A stretch of 64,000 bases of DNA from Bordetella parapertussis (GCA_945862495.1 CAMAYM010000002.1:5631-69630); one strand, 5' to 3'. Positions 36,912 through 46,692 are shown, counted from the stretch's first letter. Notes: generated by a model not told the origin, from the sequence alone. Made by a program: numbers and translations.

Positions 36912-37975
36912 TTGCCCAAGAACAGCAGGAGCATCAGCGCAGTCAAACCGCCAGCAATAAGGATTTCGTGAATGACACCGACGAGGGCTTTTTCAACAAA
37001 AACGGATTGATCTCCCAACAGTCGGACATCAATGCCTTCTGGCAAAAGAGGCAGGATAGCAGGCAGTTTTTCCTTGACCTGGCGGACAATATCCAGCGTC
37101 GAGGCACCACCATTTTTAAGCGCGGTCAGGATGAGGCCGCGCTCGCCATTTTGTCGAACGATATTGATCTGAGGGGAAAAACCATCACGGACGTGCGCGA
37201 CTTCGCGCATAAAGGTGGTGGCACCATTGACGGTCCGAATCGGAATATTGTTGAGCTCTGCGATTGTATTTGGGGACGAATTTAGTGAGATGTTGTATTC
37301 GACATCGTCAATTTTTGCAGAGCCAGCCGGCAGGGTCAGGTTTTGCGCAGTGATGGCATTAATCACATCCGAAGAGGTCATACCCTTGGCGCGTAAGGCC
37401 TCGGGGTCGATATCGACAGAAACCGCACGGACTTTGCCGCCATAGGGAAAAGGCACGGCAATGCCAGGAATCGTAATCAGTTGCGGTCGCACGATGTTGA
37501 GCGCGGCATCAAAGAGCTCTTTTTCAGAAAGCGTCTTGCTCGACATTCCGATTTGGATCACTGGAATGGAGGAGGCGGTGTATTTAATGACGAGTGCTGG
37601 CGCGACACCCGGAGGCATTTGTCGCAACGCTGACTGAGAGATCGCGACGACTTGTGAGATAGCCGTTTGAATATTCGCTTTTGGCTGAAAATAAATTTTG
37701 ATAATCGTGATGCCACCGAGCGAGCGCGATTCGATGTGTTCGATATCGTTGACCGTGGTGGTGATCGAGCGCTCGTGATTTTGAGCAATCCTATTGCCCA
37801 TCTGTTCGGCGGAGAGACCACGATAGTTCCAGATCACGCTGATCACTGGAATATCAATTTCCGGTAGCACGTCAACCGGCGTGCGCATAATCGCCAAGGG
37901 GGCAGAAAACAGAATGAGAAGAGCCATCACGATAAACGTGTATGGCTTATCTAATGCTATCCGTACGATCCACAT
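36767..37975 (-). pseudogene. truncated RND permease gene (N-terminal ~375 codons only)
   Basis: The N-terminus is RND-like (DKPYTFIVMALLILF...LPEIDIPVISV) up to LLFLGNWRTTSIIAISIPLSIFTSLIAL. Compare the intact [24 protein letters not shown]. Similarity stops at about 36850, where the sequence continues in another frame as OMF-like. About 650 codons are missing, and no adaptor gene lies upstream. Confidence 0.8.
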
Positions 37976-38131
37976 CCTGAATACCTGCGTTAAGCGCCTA
38001 CGTTCTGCAAGCCAACATGGCTCTAATCGTCAGATCAGCACGCAGGAAGTATAGATAAACTGCACTGGGTCGGATAGATGTATTTCAACTTGGCGTTTTT
38101 TTGGGGGTGAAAGCGTTATTACACTCTTGGA

Positions 38132-39190
38132 TCAAGGGTTTTCCCTAGCATGGGTGCTTTGAAGATACTCTTTCTCTAAGACCTCCATCAACTGCTGGGC
38201 ACGCATAGGTCTGGCTTGAGCATAGGCACGCCCAGCCCAAAGGCTTTGGTTTTCGCCGTCATTATGCTGAACCGATACTTGTCGCAGATGACTGGTCAAG
38301 GTATTTTGGATTGGAAAAGGTAAGTGCGGTTGACCGTGCATCGCCTCGATAAACTCGTTTCGCAAGCCTTGCGCACGACGGCCGGAAAACGCATGCGTGA
38401 ACACGGTGCCGCGCGTGGGTTTAGTCAAGATAAAGTGTTTATGTGCGGGGGGCGCGCCAGATTCATCACACACTAAAAAGGCGGTGCCCATTTGCGCAGC
38501 AGACGCGCCTGCCGCCATGGCAAGTGCGACGTCACTACCTGTCATCAAGCCGCCCGCTGCAACAACAGGAATACGCAAGGCTTTAGAAAGTTGTCTGACA
38601 AGATCCAGTGTCGGGAGGTCCTCATCGTGCATGTCGGGTTCAAAGGTTCCCCTATGCCCGCCGGCTTCGATGCCTTGAGCAATCACAAAGTCTGCGCCTG
38701 CAGCCTCGATGGCTTGTCCTTCGGCCAAACAAGTGGCACTGACACCAATGGAGATGCCTGCCAGTCTGGCACGTTCGAGCACTTCAGGTGCGGGCAGACC
38801 AAAGTGAAAGGTGAGGACCGCTGGTTTATGCAACCAAACGGGTTCAAGCATCGCGTTAATGTCTGGAAAATAAGGCGGCTCAGGTGGCAATAGCCGGAGA
38901 TCTTGCGCGATCGGTAGGCGCTTGAGTGCGGCAATAGACTGGTGTTGAAGCTCAACACTTGGAGGCGGGACGGGATGAAATACAAAAAAGTTTGCGTTGA
39001 TGGGGCCCGCTGTCAGATGTTTGGCTGCTCCAAGATCGTCACTGATTTTTTGTGGTGAGCTATAGGCAAACCCAAAGCTTCCCAGTCCGCCGGCATTGCT
39101 GACTGCGGCCGCGAGTGCAGGGGTGTTTGTCCCACCCGCCATGGGTGCTTGAATAATCGGAACACGTAATTTGTTCAGAACAAAAGCCAT
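38132..39190 (-). CDS. nitronate monooxygenase (2-nitropropane dioxygenase family)
   Basis: The ATG at 39190 gives MAFVLNKLRVPIIQAPMAGGTNTPALAAAVSNAGGLGSFG. Also present is the FMN-binding TIM-barrel pattern (VVAAGGLMTG). Confidence 0.85.
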   Translation of the reverse strand: MAFVLNKLRVPIIQAPMAGGTNTPALAAAVSNAGGLGSFGFAYSSPQKISDDLGAAKHLTAGPINANFFVFHPVPPPSVELQHQSIAALKRLPIAQDLRLLPPEPPYFPDINAMLEPVWLHKPAVLTFHFGLPAPEVLERARLAGISIGVSATCLAEGQAIEAAGADFVIAQGIEAGGHRGTFEPDMHDEDLPTLDLVRQLSKALRIPVVAAGGLMTGSDVALAMAAGASAAQMGTAFLVCDESGAPPAHKHFILTKPTRGTVFTHAFSGRRAQGLRNEFIEAMHGQPHLPFPIQNTLTSHLRQVSVQHNDGENQSLWAGRAYAQARPMRAQQLMEVLEKEYLQSTHARENP

Positions 39191-39294
39191 GATCACGTCC
39201 ACCTTTAAAAAGGGATTGGAGACCCATTCTATCCCCTGATTGCCGTATATCATTACTCAAATGAATTAAAAATATCAATTCCTGAGACGACACC

Positions 39295-39867
39295 ATGAAA
39301 AATGAAAGACTGTTGACTTTTGTAAAAGGTATGAGTCACCTGCTAGAGGGCCAGCCTCATGAGCCACTGATTTTGGAGCAGGGTGGTGCCTTGTTGGCGG
39401 AGCTCGTCAAACATGATGACTGGTTGCCAGAAATCTTTGCTCGGCCGCATCCGCAGTACTACCAACAATATCTCTTGTTTGCCGATCCGTTGGAACGCTT
39501 TTCAATGGTGAGTTTTGTTTGGGGTCCCGGTCAAAAAACGCCTGTCCACGATCATATGACCTGGGGGTTGATTGGCATGCTGCGCGGACAAGAAATCGAT
39601 ACGCACTATTTCAAAGAAGCCGACGGTCACTATCGGCGTGGTGAAAGTTCGCTTTTGTTACCTGGACAAGTGGGTTCGGTCTCACCCGCGACCCACGATG
39701 TCCATGAGGTCGCCAACTATTACGCAGATCGCACCTCGATCAGTATTCATGTGTATGGCGGAAATATCGGTCGTATCCATCGTCATGTGTTCGATGCGGT
39801 GTCCGGTCAGAAAAAACCCTTTGTCTCGGGTTATAGCAACGATGTCGTCCCCAACCTTTGGAATTAA
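39295..39867 (+). CDS. cysteine dioxygenase-family cupin, Gln-type (3-mercaptopropionate dioxygenase-like thiol dioxygenase)
   Basis: YYQQYLLFADPLERFSMVSFVWGPGQKTPVHDHMTWGLIGMLRG. The 3-His cupin site is HDH plus a downstream H. Gln replaces the substrate-binding Arg of eukaryotic CDO (YQQ versus YTR). Confidence 0.8.
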   Translation: MKNERLLTFVKGMSHLLEGQPHEPLILEQGGALLAELVKHDDWLPEIFARPHPQYYQQYLLFADPLERFSMVSFVWGPGQKTPVHDHMTWGLIGMLRGQEIDTHYFKEADGHYRRGESSLLLPGQVGSVSPATHDVHEVANYYADRTSISIHVYGGNIGRIHRHVFDAVSGQKKPFVSGYSNDVVPNLWN

Positions 39868-39872
39868 GTCAG

Positions 39873-41525
39873 ATGCAAAGCACAAGCCCCGTTCCTTCTC
39901 CTGTCGATATCCAGTCTTGTGATTATCAGGCGGTACGCCAGGCATTATTGGACAAGCTTGAGGTTGCTTTTTTGGACGTGCGCGAAGAAGATCCGCACGC
40001 ACAATCCCACCCCTTGTTTGCCGCGAATTTCCCGCTGTCGCGCGTCGAGCTTGATGCCTACAGTAAGTTACCGCGACGCGATGTATGGATCGTGACCTTG
40101 GATGAAGGGGGTGTTGCGCTCGAAGCGTCAGATGCGATGCAGGCCGCGCGACGCTTGGCGAGCCTTGGTTTTACGAATGTCAGTGTCTTTAAAGGCGGTG
40201 TGCGGGCATGGTCAGCGGCAGGCGGCGAGTTGTTTAAAGACGTCAACGTTCCAAGCAAGTCTTTTGGTGAGTTGGTCGAAGCACGCAAGCACACACCCTC
40301 CTTGTCCGCGCAGGAGGTCAAGGCATTGATTGACGAGCAGGCCGATGTCGTGATTGTCGATGCCCGTCGGTTTGATGAGTACAACACCATGAGTATCCCG
40401 ACTGCCATCAGTTGTCCAGGAGCCGAGCTTGTGTTGCGCATCGCCGAGTTGGCGCCTTGTCCGGAGACGCGGGTAATCGTCAATTGTGCGGGTCGTACGC
40501 GCAGCATTATCGGCACCCAGTCTTTGCTTAACGCGGGTATTCCCAATAAAGTCTCTGCCTTACGCAACGGTACGATCGGTTGGACGCTTGCTGAGCAGGT
40601 GTTGGACAAAGGGCAAACCAGAAAGTTTTCTGAGGTCTCCGCTTCTACCACGCAAAGTGCTGCGACGCGTGCGCGCAGCGTGGCGGACCGAGCAGGTGTC
40701 AAGCGTGCCACTTTGACAGACGTTCAAACATGGCGAACGCAGTCGGCACGTACGACGTATTTTTTTGACACACGCAACCCTGAGGAGTTTGTGGCGGGTC
40801 ATCTGCCAGATTTTCGCTCGACACCTGGTGGTCAACTTGTTCAAGAAACTGAGATGGTGGCGCCTGTGCGAGGCGCGCGAGTAGTGTTGGCCGACATCGA
40901 TGGCGTGCGTGCCAATATGACTGCGTCATGGCTCGCACAAATGGCGTGGGAGGTCTATGTGTTGGATGGCGCAGGATTAAAAGATTTCAATATCTCTGGC
41001 GCTTGGCAGGGGGCGCTACCGCCCGTGCCTCAAACACCCTTGATCACATCTTTAACGCTTGCGGCGTGGTTACGTGAGTCTGCGCCGGGTAAAGAAACGT
41101 GCGTGATCGATTTCGCGCGTCATGCCCAATATGTGCAGGGCCACATTCCATCTGCGCGCTACGTCTTGCGCTCACAACTCACACAAGCCCTTGCGCAGTG
41201 TCCCATTGCCGCGCGATATGTGCTGACCTGTCCCGATGGTGTGATGGCACGCTTTGCCTTTAATGAGTGTGTTCAAGTATTCAGTGACCTTGGAAATACA
41301 GCGTCTGTGTCTGTATTAGAGGGAGGTACTCAGGCTTGGCGTGACGCAGGGTTGGACGTAGAAAAAGGCCCCACACATTTGGTTTCACCCACGATTGATC
41401 GCTATAAGAGACCTTACGAGGGCACAAATAATGCCCGTGAAGCGATGCAGGGCTATCTCGACTGGGAGTTCGGTTTAGTCGAACAGCTCGGCCGAGATGG
41501 CACGCATCACTTCTGGGTTTTGTAG
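39873..41525 (+). CDS. multi-domain rhodanese-like sulfurtransferase (four rhodanese-like repeats)
   Basis: A ~550-aa protein. Its repeats carry active-site-loop positions IVTLDEGG (inactive), NCAGRTRS (catalytic Cys), LADIDGVRA (inactive) and LTCPDGVMA (possible Cys). It starts 6 nt after the dioxygenase stop. Confidence 0.8.
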   Translation: MQSTSPVPSPVDIQSCDYQAVRQALLDKLEVAFLDVREEDPHAQSHPLFAANFPLSRVELDAYSKLPRRDVWIVTLDEGGVALEASDAMQAARRLASLGFTNVSVFKGGVRAWSAAGGELFKDVNVPSKSFGELVEARKHTPSLSAQEVKALIDEQADVVIVDARRFDEYNTMSIPTAISCPGAELVLRIAELAPCPETRVIVNCAGRTRSIIGTQSLLNAGIPNKVSALRNGTIGWTLAEQVLDKGQTRKFSEVSASTTQSAATRARSVADRAGVKRATLTDVQTWRTQSARTTYFFDTRNPEEFVAGHLPDFRSTPGGQLVQETEMVAPVRGARVVLADIDGVRANMTASWLAQMAWEVYVLDGAGLKDFNISGAWQGALPPVPQTPLITSLTLAAWLRESAPGKETCVIDFARHAQYVQGHIPSARYVLRSQLTQALAQCPIAARYVLTCPDGVMARFAFNECVQVFSDLGNTASVSVLEGGTQAWRDAGLDVEKGPTHLVSPTIDRYKRPYEGTNNAREAMQGYLDWEFGLVEQLGRDGTHHFWVL

Positions 41526-41548
41526 ACAATCGGACATTTGCGCATCGA

Positions 41549-42106
41549 TCAGCAAAGTGCCCTCAGCTTTTCTAAAAATAACACTTCGCCGTGATTGATT
41601 TTTTCATGCCAGTCTTGGCCAGAGGCATCATTGGTAAAGTCTGTCACATACTTATAGGAAAGCCAAGGGAGCCCGTGGGCATGCGCGACGGCGGCAATTG
41701 CGTAAAGCTCCATGTCGACGACATCAATGCCTTGCGTTTCGAGCCAAGGGTCTTTGGCAGTCACAAAGCTATCGCCCGTGCCACAGGTGTGCGTCCCTCT
41801 TTCAGAGAAATACTCATGAGGACGTTCGCAAAAGGGCACACGTCCTCTGGGAGCAAGGGGTTCGGCAATCATGTCGCGCTGCACTACGCGTGAAATTTCA
41901 AGAAGACCTGATACATGTGGACTGACTGCGCCGACCGTCCCGAAGTTGACGATCAGTGCAGGCTGCGCTTGCGCGATGGCTTTGAGCGTCGTGAGGGTGG
42001 CATTGATTTTGCCAATGCCTGTGTAAAAAACCTGAATGCCCGCAGGCAAACTCTGAGGATCCAGTTCCGGACGTAATGCGGTGAGGACGATCAGCTTGGT
42101 GGTCAT
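41549..42106 (-). CDS. nucleoside phosphorylase-I family protein (short MTA/SAH nucleosidase-like)
   Basis: YTGIGKINATLT and DMELYAIAAVAHAHGLPWLSYKYVTD resemble MtnN/Pfs motifs. At ~185 aa it is shorter than canonical MtnN. Confidence 0.7.
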   Translation of the reverse strand: MTTKLIVLTALRPELDPQSLPAGIQVFYTGIGKINATLTTLKAIAQAQPALIVNFGTVGAVSPHVSGLLEISRVVQRDMIAEPLAPRGRVPFCERPHEYFSERGTHTCGTGDSFVTAKDPWLETQGIDVVDMELYAIAAVAHAHGLPWLSYKYVTDFTNDASGQDWHEKINHGEVLFLEKLRALC

Positions 42107-42118
42107 TGTGTGCAATAT

Positions 42119-42559
42119 TTAGTCTTTTTTGGGCCAAAGCACCATTTGTGTGCATCGGAAGATCGCGATTTTTTTATCTGTTGCGGCATCTGTTACAAGG
42201 GCATCCCAGACCTGTGTATTGCCGCCCAAGTGCTGTGCTGTTGCAGTGCAGCGAATGATCGCGCCTTCGCCGCGCACCGTGCCCAAGTGGTTGCTCTTGA
42301 GCTCAATGGTCGTAAAGGACAGTGCACCCTCGGGCAGATGTGCAATCGTTGCATAGCCACAAGTGGTATCGGCAAGCGCGATGACGCTTGCGGCATGTAA
42401 GTATGTGTTGGGTGCAAAGTGTACTTTGCGCAGCGTCATCTGACTCTGGAGCGTGCCTTCTGAGAGCGCCAGCATTTCGACTCCCATAAGGCCAGGCAGG
42501 TTTTCCCCGCTGCGAAGGTTGAGCTCGTTGACAGTGACTGTGGGGCGAAGCTTGGGCAT
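42119..42559 (-). CDS. PaaI-family hotdog thioesterase
   Basis: LPGLMGVEMLALSEGTLQSQMTLRK..F.PN.YLHAASVIALADTTCG, typical of PaaI/YdiI. The protein is 146 aa. Confidence 0.8.
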   Translation of the reverse strand: MPKLRPTVTVNELNLRSGENLPGLMGVEMLALSEGTLQSQMTLRKVHFAPNTYLHAASVIALADTTCGYATIAHLPEGALSFTTIELKSNHLGTVRGEGAIIRCTATAQHLGGNTQVWDALVTDAATDKKIAIFRCTQMVLWPKKD

Positions 42560-42641
42560 ACAACAGATTCCTACAGGAGAATGGATTGAATTAACGTAAG
42601 ATTATGCCGTAACTGAACCCGACTGACTTAAGTGGACCGCT

Positions 42642-43859
42642 ATGACATCGACTCCTTTAACTTCCGCGCGCACTGGCCCTGAGTACGAGGCACACGTCCG
42701 CCAAGGCTTTTCCCAATCCAGACTGGATCGTCTGGGATCTGCGATCGAGGAGCAAATCGCTTCTGGCATTTTCCCTGGCGCAGTCACAATGGTCATGCGC
42801 AACGATGAATGCGTGCATTTTGAGGCGTACGGACACCAGAACGCCGCAGGCACGATTCCCATGGCGACAGATTCGATTTTTCGTTTGGCTTCCATGACCA
42901 AGCCGCTGGTGACGGTTGCGGCCATGATGTTGGTTGAGCGCGGGCGCTTTAATCTGTATGACCCGATTACCAACTGGCTGCCTGAACTCAAAGACCTCAA
43001 GGTGGAGACGCCTGAGGGAGACGTGCCCCTGATCCGTCCCATCACTATTCAGGATTTGATGCGACACTCCGCAGGTTTTGTACATGGTGATCGTGCCAAG
43101 TCACCCCGCATTAGAAAGCTCTACGACGAACTGCAGATCGAAGCAAACAAAAAAGACATCCTGGGCGATCAGATGCTCAAAAATTTGGGCACGATTCCGC
43201 TTGCCAGCCAGCCAGGTGATCATTGGGAGTACTCCATTGCTGTCGACGTTTTAGGGTTGTTGCTTGAGCGCGTTGAAAATAAGACGCTTGAGGAAATTCT
43301 CAATGCATTGTTGGTTAAGCCTCTGGGCATGAAAGACACGACCTGGTGGGTGGAACCTGAGCGTTTAGGCAGGCTTGCGGAGGCTCCTGACTCGGATCCA
43401 CTCAAAGCGACCATGCTCATCGCGTATCGCCAGACCACCAACCCCGTAGGACGCACCTATCTGCGCGGTGGTGCCGGTCTGCTCGGCACGGCTGCAGACT
43501 ACATGCGGTTTTTGCAAATGATGTTGCGTGGTGGCGAGTTAGAGGGACGACGCTACTTGTCGCGCCGGACGGTTGAGTTTATGTGCTCGGAGCACACCTT
43601 GGGTATGACAGGTTCGACCCATGCCAACACGGGGCCAGGCTACGGTTTTGGGCTCGGTTTTGCGGTCAGACTCAATCAGGGTATGAGCTGGGTGCCAGGC
43701 TCTGTTGGTGAGTCGCTCTGGTCTGGTATCTGGGGCACGAGTTTCTGGCTGGATTTTAAAGAAAACCTCACTGCCTTAATTTTGACGCAAGGGCCGACGC
43801 ATAAAATTCAAAGTCGTATGCTTTACAAAACGCTCGTTTATTCGGCCTTGGTGAAGTGA
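42642..43859 (+). CDS. serine hydrolase (class C beta-lactamase/esterase family)
   Basis: An S-x-x-K motif (FRLASMTKPLV) and the downstream Y-S-I/HAGF pattern. The protein is 405 aa with no obvious signal peptide. Confidence 0.85.
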   Translation: MTSTPLTSARTGPEYEAHVRQGFSQSRLDRLGSAIEEQIASGIFPGAVTMVMRNDECVHFEAYGHQNAAGTIPMATDSIFRLASMTKPLVTVAAMMLVERGRFNLYDPITNWLPELKDLKVETPEGDVPLIRPITIQDLMRHSAGFVHGDRAKSPRIRKLYDELQIEANKKDILGDQMLKNLGTIPLASQPGDHWEYSIAVDVLGLLLERVENKTLEEILNALLVKPLGMKDTTWWVEPERLGRLAEAPDSDPLKATMLIAYRQTTNPVGRTYLRGGAGLLGTAADYMRFLQMMLRGGELEGRRYLSRRTVEFMCSEHTLGMTGSTHANTGPGYGFGLGFAVRLNQGMSWVPGSVGESLWSGIWGTSFWLDFKENLTALILTQGPTHKIQSRMLYKTLVYSALVK

Positions 43860-44104
43860 CAAACATGATTATGGTGGCGATGAATGTCGCAGCGTTTCAA
43901 CCGTTGAGTGAGTTTGAACAGCGTATCGATGCCTATATCCGTTCGTTGAAAGATGTGCCTTTAGCCGAAGGTCACAAGCAGATCTACTATCCAGGCGAGA
44001 TGGAAAAATTAGCCGATATTCAAAATCGAAAACAGGGCCTGTTACTGCCAGAAGATACGCTGTCAGATGTGCTGCGTGTGGCCAAACATGCGGGTGTGTT
44101 GTAA
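43856..44104 (+). pseudogene. C-terminal remnant of an Ldh_2 (malate/L-lactate/ureidoglycolate dehydrogenase) family gene
   Basis: The 82 codons read AMNVAAFQPLSEFEQRIDAYIRSLKDVP.AEG...IYYPGEMEKL....RKQGLLLPEDTL. This matches only the last ~80 residues of ~340-aa Ldh_2 enzymes. It abuts the preceding gene (GTGA overlap). Confidence 0.6.
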
Positions 44105-44158
44105 GAAAAAAAATAGTTATAAAGTGATGGTTTAAAAATATACAAAGGGGTAGAGACG

Positions 44159-44527
44159 ATGGAATTCAGTATTCAACACGCGAAGGACAAGCCTTTTTCG
44201 CACGATGGCTTACGTGAGTATTTTGACTATCGCGACCTCGGGATCTTTGATTCAACCAAGGGGGCTGCCGTGATGCATGTCATCCGCGCCACCAAGGGTT
44301 GTAACGCAGCGGGCGAGTGGCATCGCCACGAACTGAACTTCCAATTCGTGTACGTGCTTAAAGGCTGGGCAATTTTTGAATACGAAGGTCACGGCGAACA
44401 CAAACTCGTCGAAGGGACCTGCGTACATCAACCCCCCAACATCCGTCATCGTGAAATTAGTCACTCGGATGATTTTGAAGTGCTTGAGATCGTATTGCCA
44501 GGTCAGTTTAAAACGGTTGCAATGTGA
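44159..44527 (+). CDS. cupin domain protein
   Basis: A 122-aa protein with the cupin motifs HRHELNFQFVYVLKGWAIFEYEG and PPNIRHRE. Confidence 0.75.
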   Translation: MEFSIQHAKDKPFSHDGLREYFDYRDLGIFDSTKGAAVMHVIRATKGCNAAGEWHRHELNFQFVYVLKGWAIFEYEGHGEHKLVEGTCVHQPPNIRHREISHSDDFEVLEIVLPGQFKTVAM

Positions 44528-45567
44528 GTGTGACGCGACGACGTTGGTTGGGAATGCTCGGCGGTGTCGGACTGACAGGCGCGAGTATGTTTGGCTTTCC
44601 CGACCTCGGTATTGCTCAAGCTAGCAAAGACTTAAAGGGCTCAGAGTCCTCATCTGATCCCGCGATAGAAACCATTAAAAATCCTACAACTGGCCGTTTG
44701 ATCAAGTTACGTGCACGTCTGCCTAAAGAGCATGTCCCGACAGGATTGATTCTGTATTCGCCAGGTTTAGGCAGTGGCGTCTCGAATGGCCAAGCTTGGT
44801 GCGAGACGTGGCGCCAAGCCGGCTATCTTGTGGTGACGCTTGCGCACCCTGTGACCGATGATTCCCTTTGGCGAACCAGTGACAAGCAGAGTTTCAAAGC
44901 CAACATGCAACTGGCGCTCGCCGGACCGCAATATGGTTTACGGGTGTCCGACTGTAGTTTCGCGTTAGACCATTGCTTACAGTCTGCAAAGCTTGCACCC
45001 TACATTGATCCTGCAAGGATAGGCTTGGCCGGGCATTCTTATGGCGCACTCACAGCCCAAACGATTGCCGGTCAGCCGCTCGGTGCCAACACCATGCGGG
45101 ACGCACGCATCAAGGCCGTGATTGCATTTTCGCCCGGTGCCACCTCGCCCGAGCGTGCAAAGTCCATGTCCAAAGTAGAGATCCCTTTCTTTTGCATCAC
45201 AGGTGATCACGATCAGTTCGTGACGTTTAAAAAGGATGCTGATGCCATACGACTTGGTGTGAGTTTGGCCAATCGAGAATCGGTGTTCGCCAATCTGCCT
45301 GCGGGGAAAAAGCTTCAACTCAAGCTACACGATGCGGACCATATGAGCTTTGCGGGCGAGAGGGTGGATCCCAAGCGCTTTAGTCGCGATATTAAGGTGA
45401 CCGAGCAAGGCAATCGGATGTTGTGGGGACGTGTCAGTCAGATGACGACCGCGTTTTGGGAATATTATCTGGCTGCGGAGGGGCGTTCAGTGCCCGCGAC
45501 AAAAAAGGCTTTTGAAGAGAGGCTATTAAAGCTTCAAGGTCCTGGTGACGAATTAAAGTTTGGATAA
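44524..45567 (+). CDS. Tat-exported alpha/beta hydrolase (dienelactone hydrolase / PAF-acetylhydrolase-like)
   Basis: A twin-arginine signal (MSVTRRRWLGMLGGVGLTGASMFG...AQA), a nucleophile elbow (GHSYGA), and a downstream D/H. Confidence 0.7.
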   Translation: MSVTRRRWLGMLGGVGLTGASMFGFPDLGIAQASKDLKGSESSSDPAIETIKNPTTGRLIKLRARLPKEHVPTGLILYSPGLGSGVSNGQAWCETWRQAGYLVVTLAHPVTDDSLWRTSDKQSFKANMQLALAGPQYGLRVSDCSFALDHCLQSAKLAPYIDPARIGLAGHSYGALTAQTIAGQPLGANTMRDARIKAVIAFSPGATSPERAKSMSKVEIPFFCITGDHDQFVTFKKDADAIRLGVSLANRESVFANLPAGKKLQLKLHDADHMSFAGERVDPKRFSRDIKVTEQGNRMLWGRVSQMTTAFWEYYLAAEGRSVPATKKAFEERLLKLQGPGDELKFG

Positions 45568-45630
45568 AAGATACCTGAATTGTTTTATGCTTGTTCGTTA
45601 AAAAATTATTATTACTTTTAGAGATTTGTC

Positions 45631-46692
45631 ATGAAAATTATTGTGCTGCCAGGTGATGGCATTGGTGTGGAAACAGTTTCAGTTGCGGTCGACGCACTTG
45701 AGTTTATTTCTAAAAAATTCAAACTGGATTTGTCGCTCAAACACGATATCGCTGGTCACGAGAGTCTGATCAAGCACGGCACCACGATTCATCCCGGCCT
45801 ATTGGAGTCTGTCAAAAATGCAGATGGTCTGATTTTGGGCCCGATGGCAACCTACGATTTTAAAGATGAATCTAAGGGTGAGATCAATCCATCAAAGTTT
45901 TTCCGCAAGAGCCTCGATCTTTACGCAAATATTCGTCCCGCCAAGACGTTCCCGGGTTGTGGCACCGCTCACAAGCCGCTAGATCTCGTCGTTGTGCGTG
46001 AGAACACCGAAGGCTTTTATGCCGACCGCAACATCGAGTCAGGCGGCAGCGAAATGTTAATTACGCCAGACGTCGTCGTCTCCTTACGTCGTATCACTCG
46101 CCTTTGTTGCGAGCGTATCGCACGTTCGGCGTTCGAGCTCGCCATGACCCGCAGAAAGCATGTCACCGTGGTGCATAAAGCCAACGTGTTGCGACTCGGT
46201 GATGGCATGTTCATCGACTCTTGCCGCTTGATTGGCCAAGAGTTCCCCGAAGTACAAATCGAGGAAATCATTGTTGATGCCATGATGGCGCACGTTGTCC
46301 GTACACCGGAGCGCTACGACGTACTGGTCACCACCAACATGTTTGGCGATATTTTGTCCGACTTGACTGCAGAGTTGTCTGGCAGTTTAGGGATGGCAGG
46401 CTCAATCAATGCCGGTGATCACTACGCCATGGCGCAGGCGGCGCATGGCTCCGCACCGGATATCGCTGGCAAAAATCTCGCGAATCCTTTCTCGCAGGTG
46501 TGGTCTGTGGCGATGCTGTTGAACTGGTATGGTCAGCGTAAAAACAAGCCACAGTTTGTGACTGCTGCACAAGTGATGGAAACGGCCATGGCGGATGCGA
46601 TTGCAGCTGGTGAGTCGACCTCAGACATTGGTGGCAAGCTCGGTACCAAAGAAACTGGACAAGCGCTTCTAGAGCGCTTGTCCAAGGCCTGA
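45631..46692 (+). CDS. isocitrate/isopropylmalate dehydrogenase family enzyme (tartrate/3-IPM dehydrogenase-like)
   Basis: MKIIVLPGDGIGVE, VVRENTEGFY, and NMFGDILSDLTAELSGSLGMAGS. The protein is 353 aa. Confidence 0.88.
   Translation: MKIIVLPGDGIGVETVSVAVDALEFISKKFKLDLSLKHDIAGHESLIKHGTTIHPGLLESVKNADGLILGPMATYDFKDESKGEINPSKFFRKSLDLYANIRPAKTFPGCGTAHKPLDLVVVRENTEGFYADRNIESGGSEMLITPDVVVSLRRITRLCCERIARSAFELAMTRRKHVTVVHKANVLRLGDGMFIDSCRLIGQEFPEVQIEEIIVDAMMAHVVRTPERYDVLVTTNMFGDILSDLTAELSGSLGMAGSINAGDHYAMAQAAHGSAPDIAGKNLANPFSQVWSVAMLLNWYGQRKNKPQFVTAAQVMETAMADAIAAGESTSDIGGKLGTKETGQALLERLSKA

Noticed and set aside
37976-38131. A 156-bp gap checked for a tRNA, an sRNA or a leftover adaptor (MFP) gene.
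   Set aside because: There is no cloverleaf-like pairing or terminator. Only an ~10-codon frame ending in TAA lies 11 nt before the truncated RND start, which is too short to assign.
40058-40711. A 217-aa minus-strand ORF.
   Set aside because: It is antisense to the rhodanese gene with no recognisable domain, so it is a shadow ORF. The same judgement applies to 695-1192, 4226-4699, 15610-16077, 30042-30536, 55063-55554 and similar track entries.
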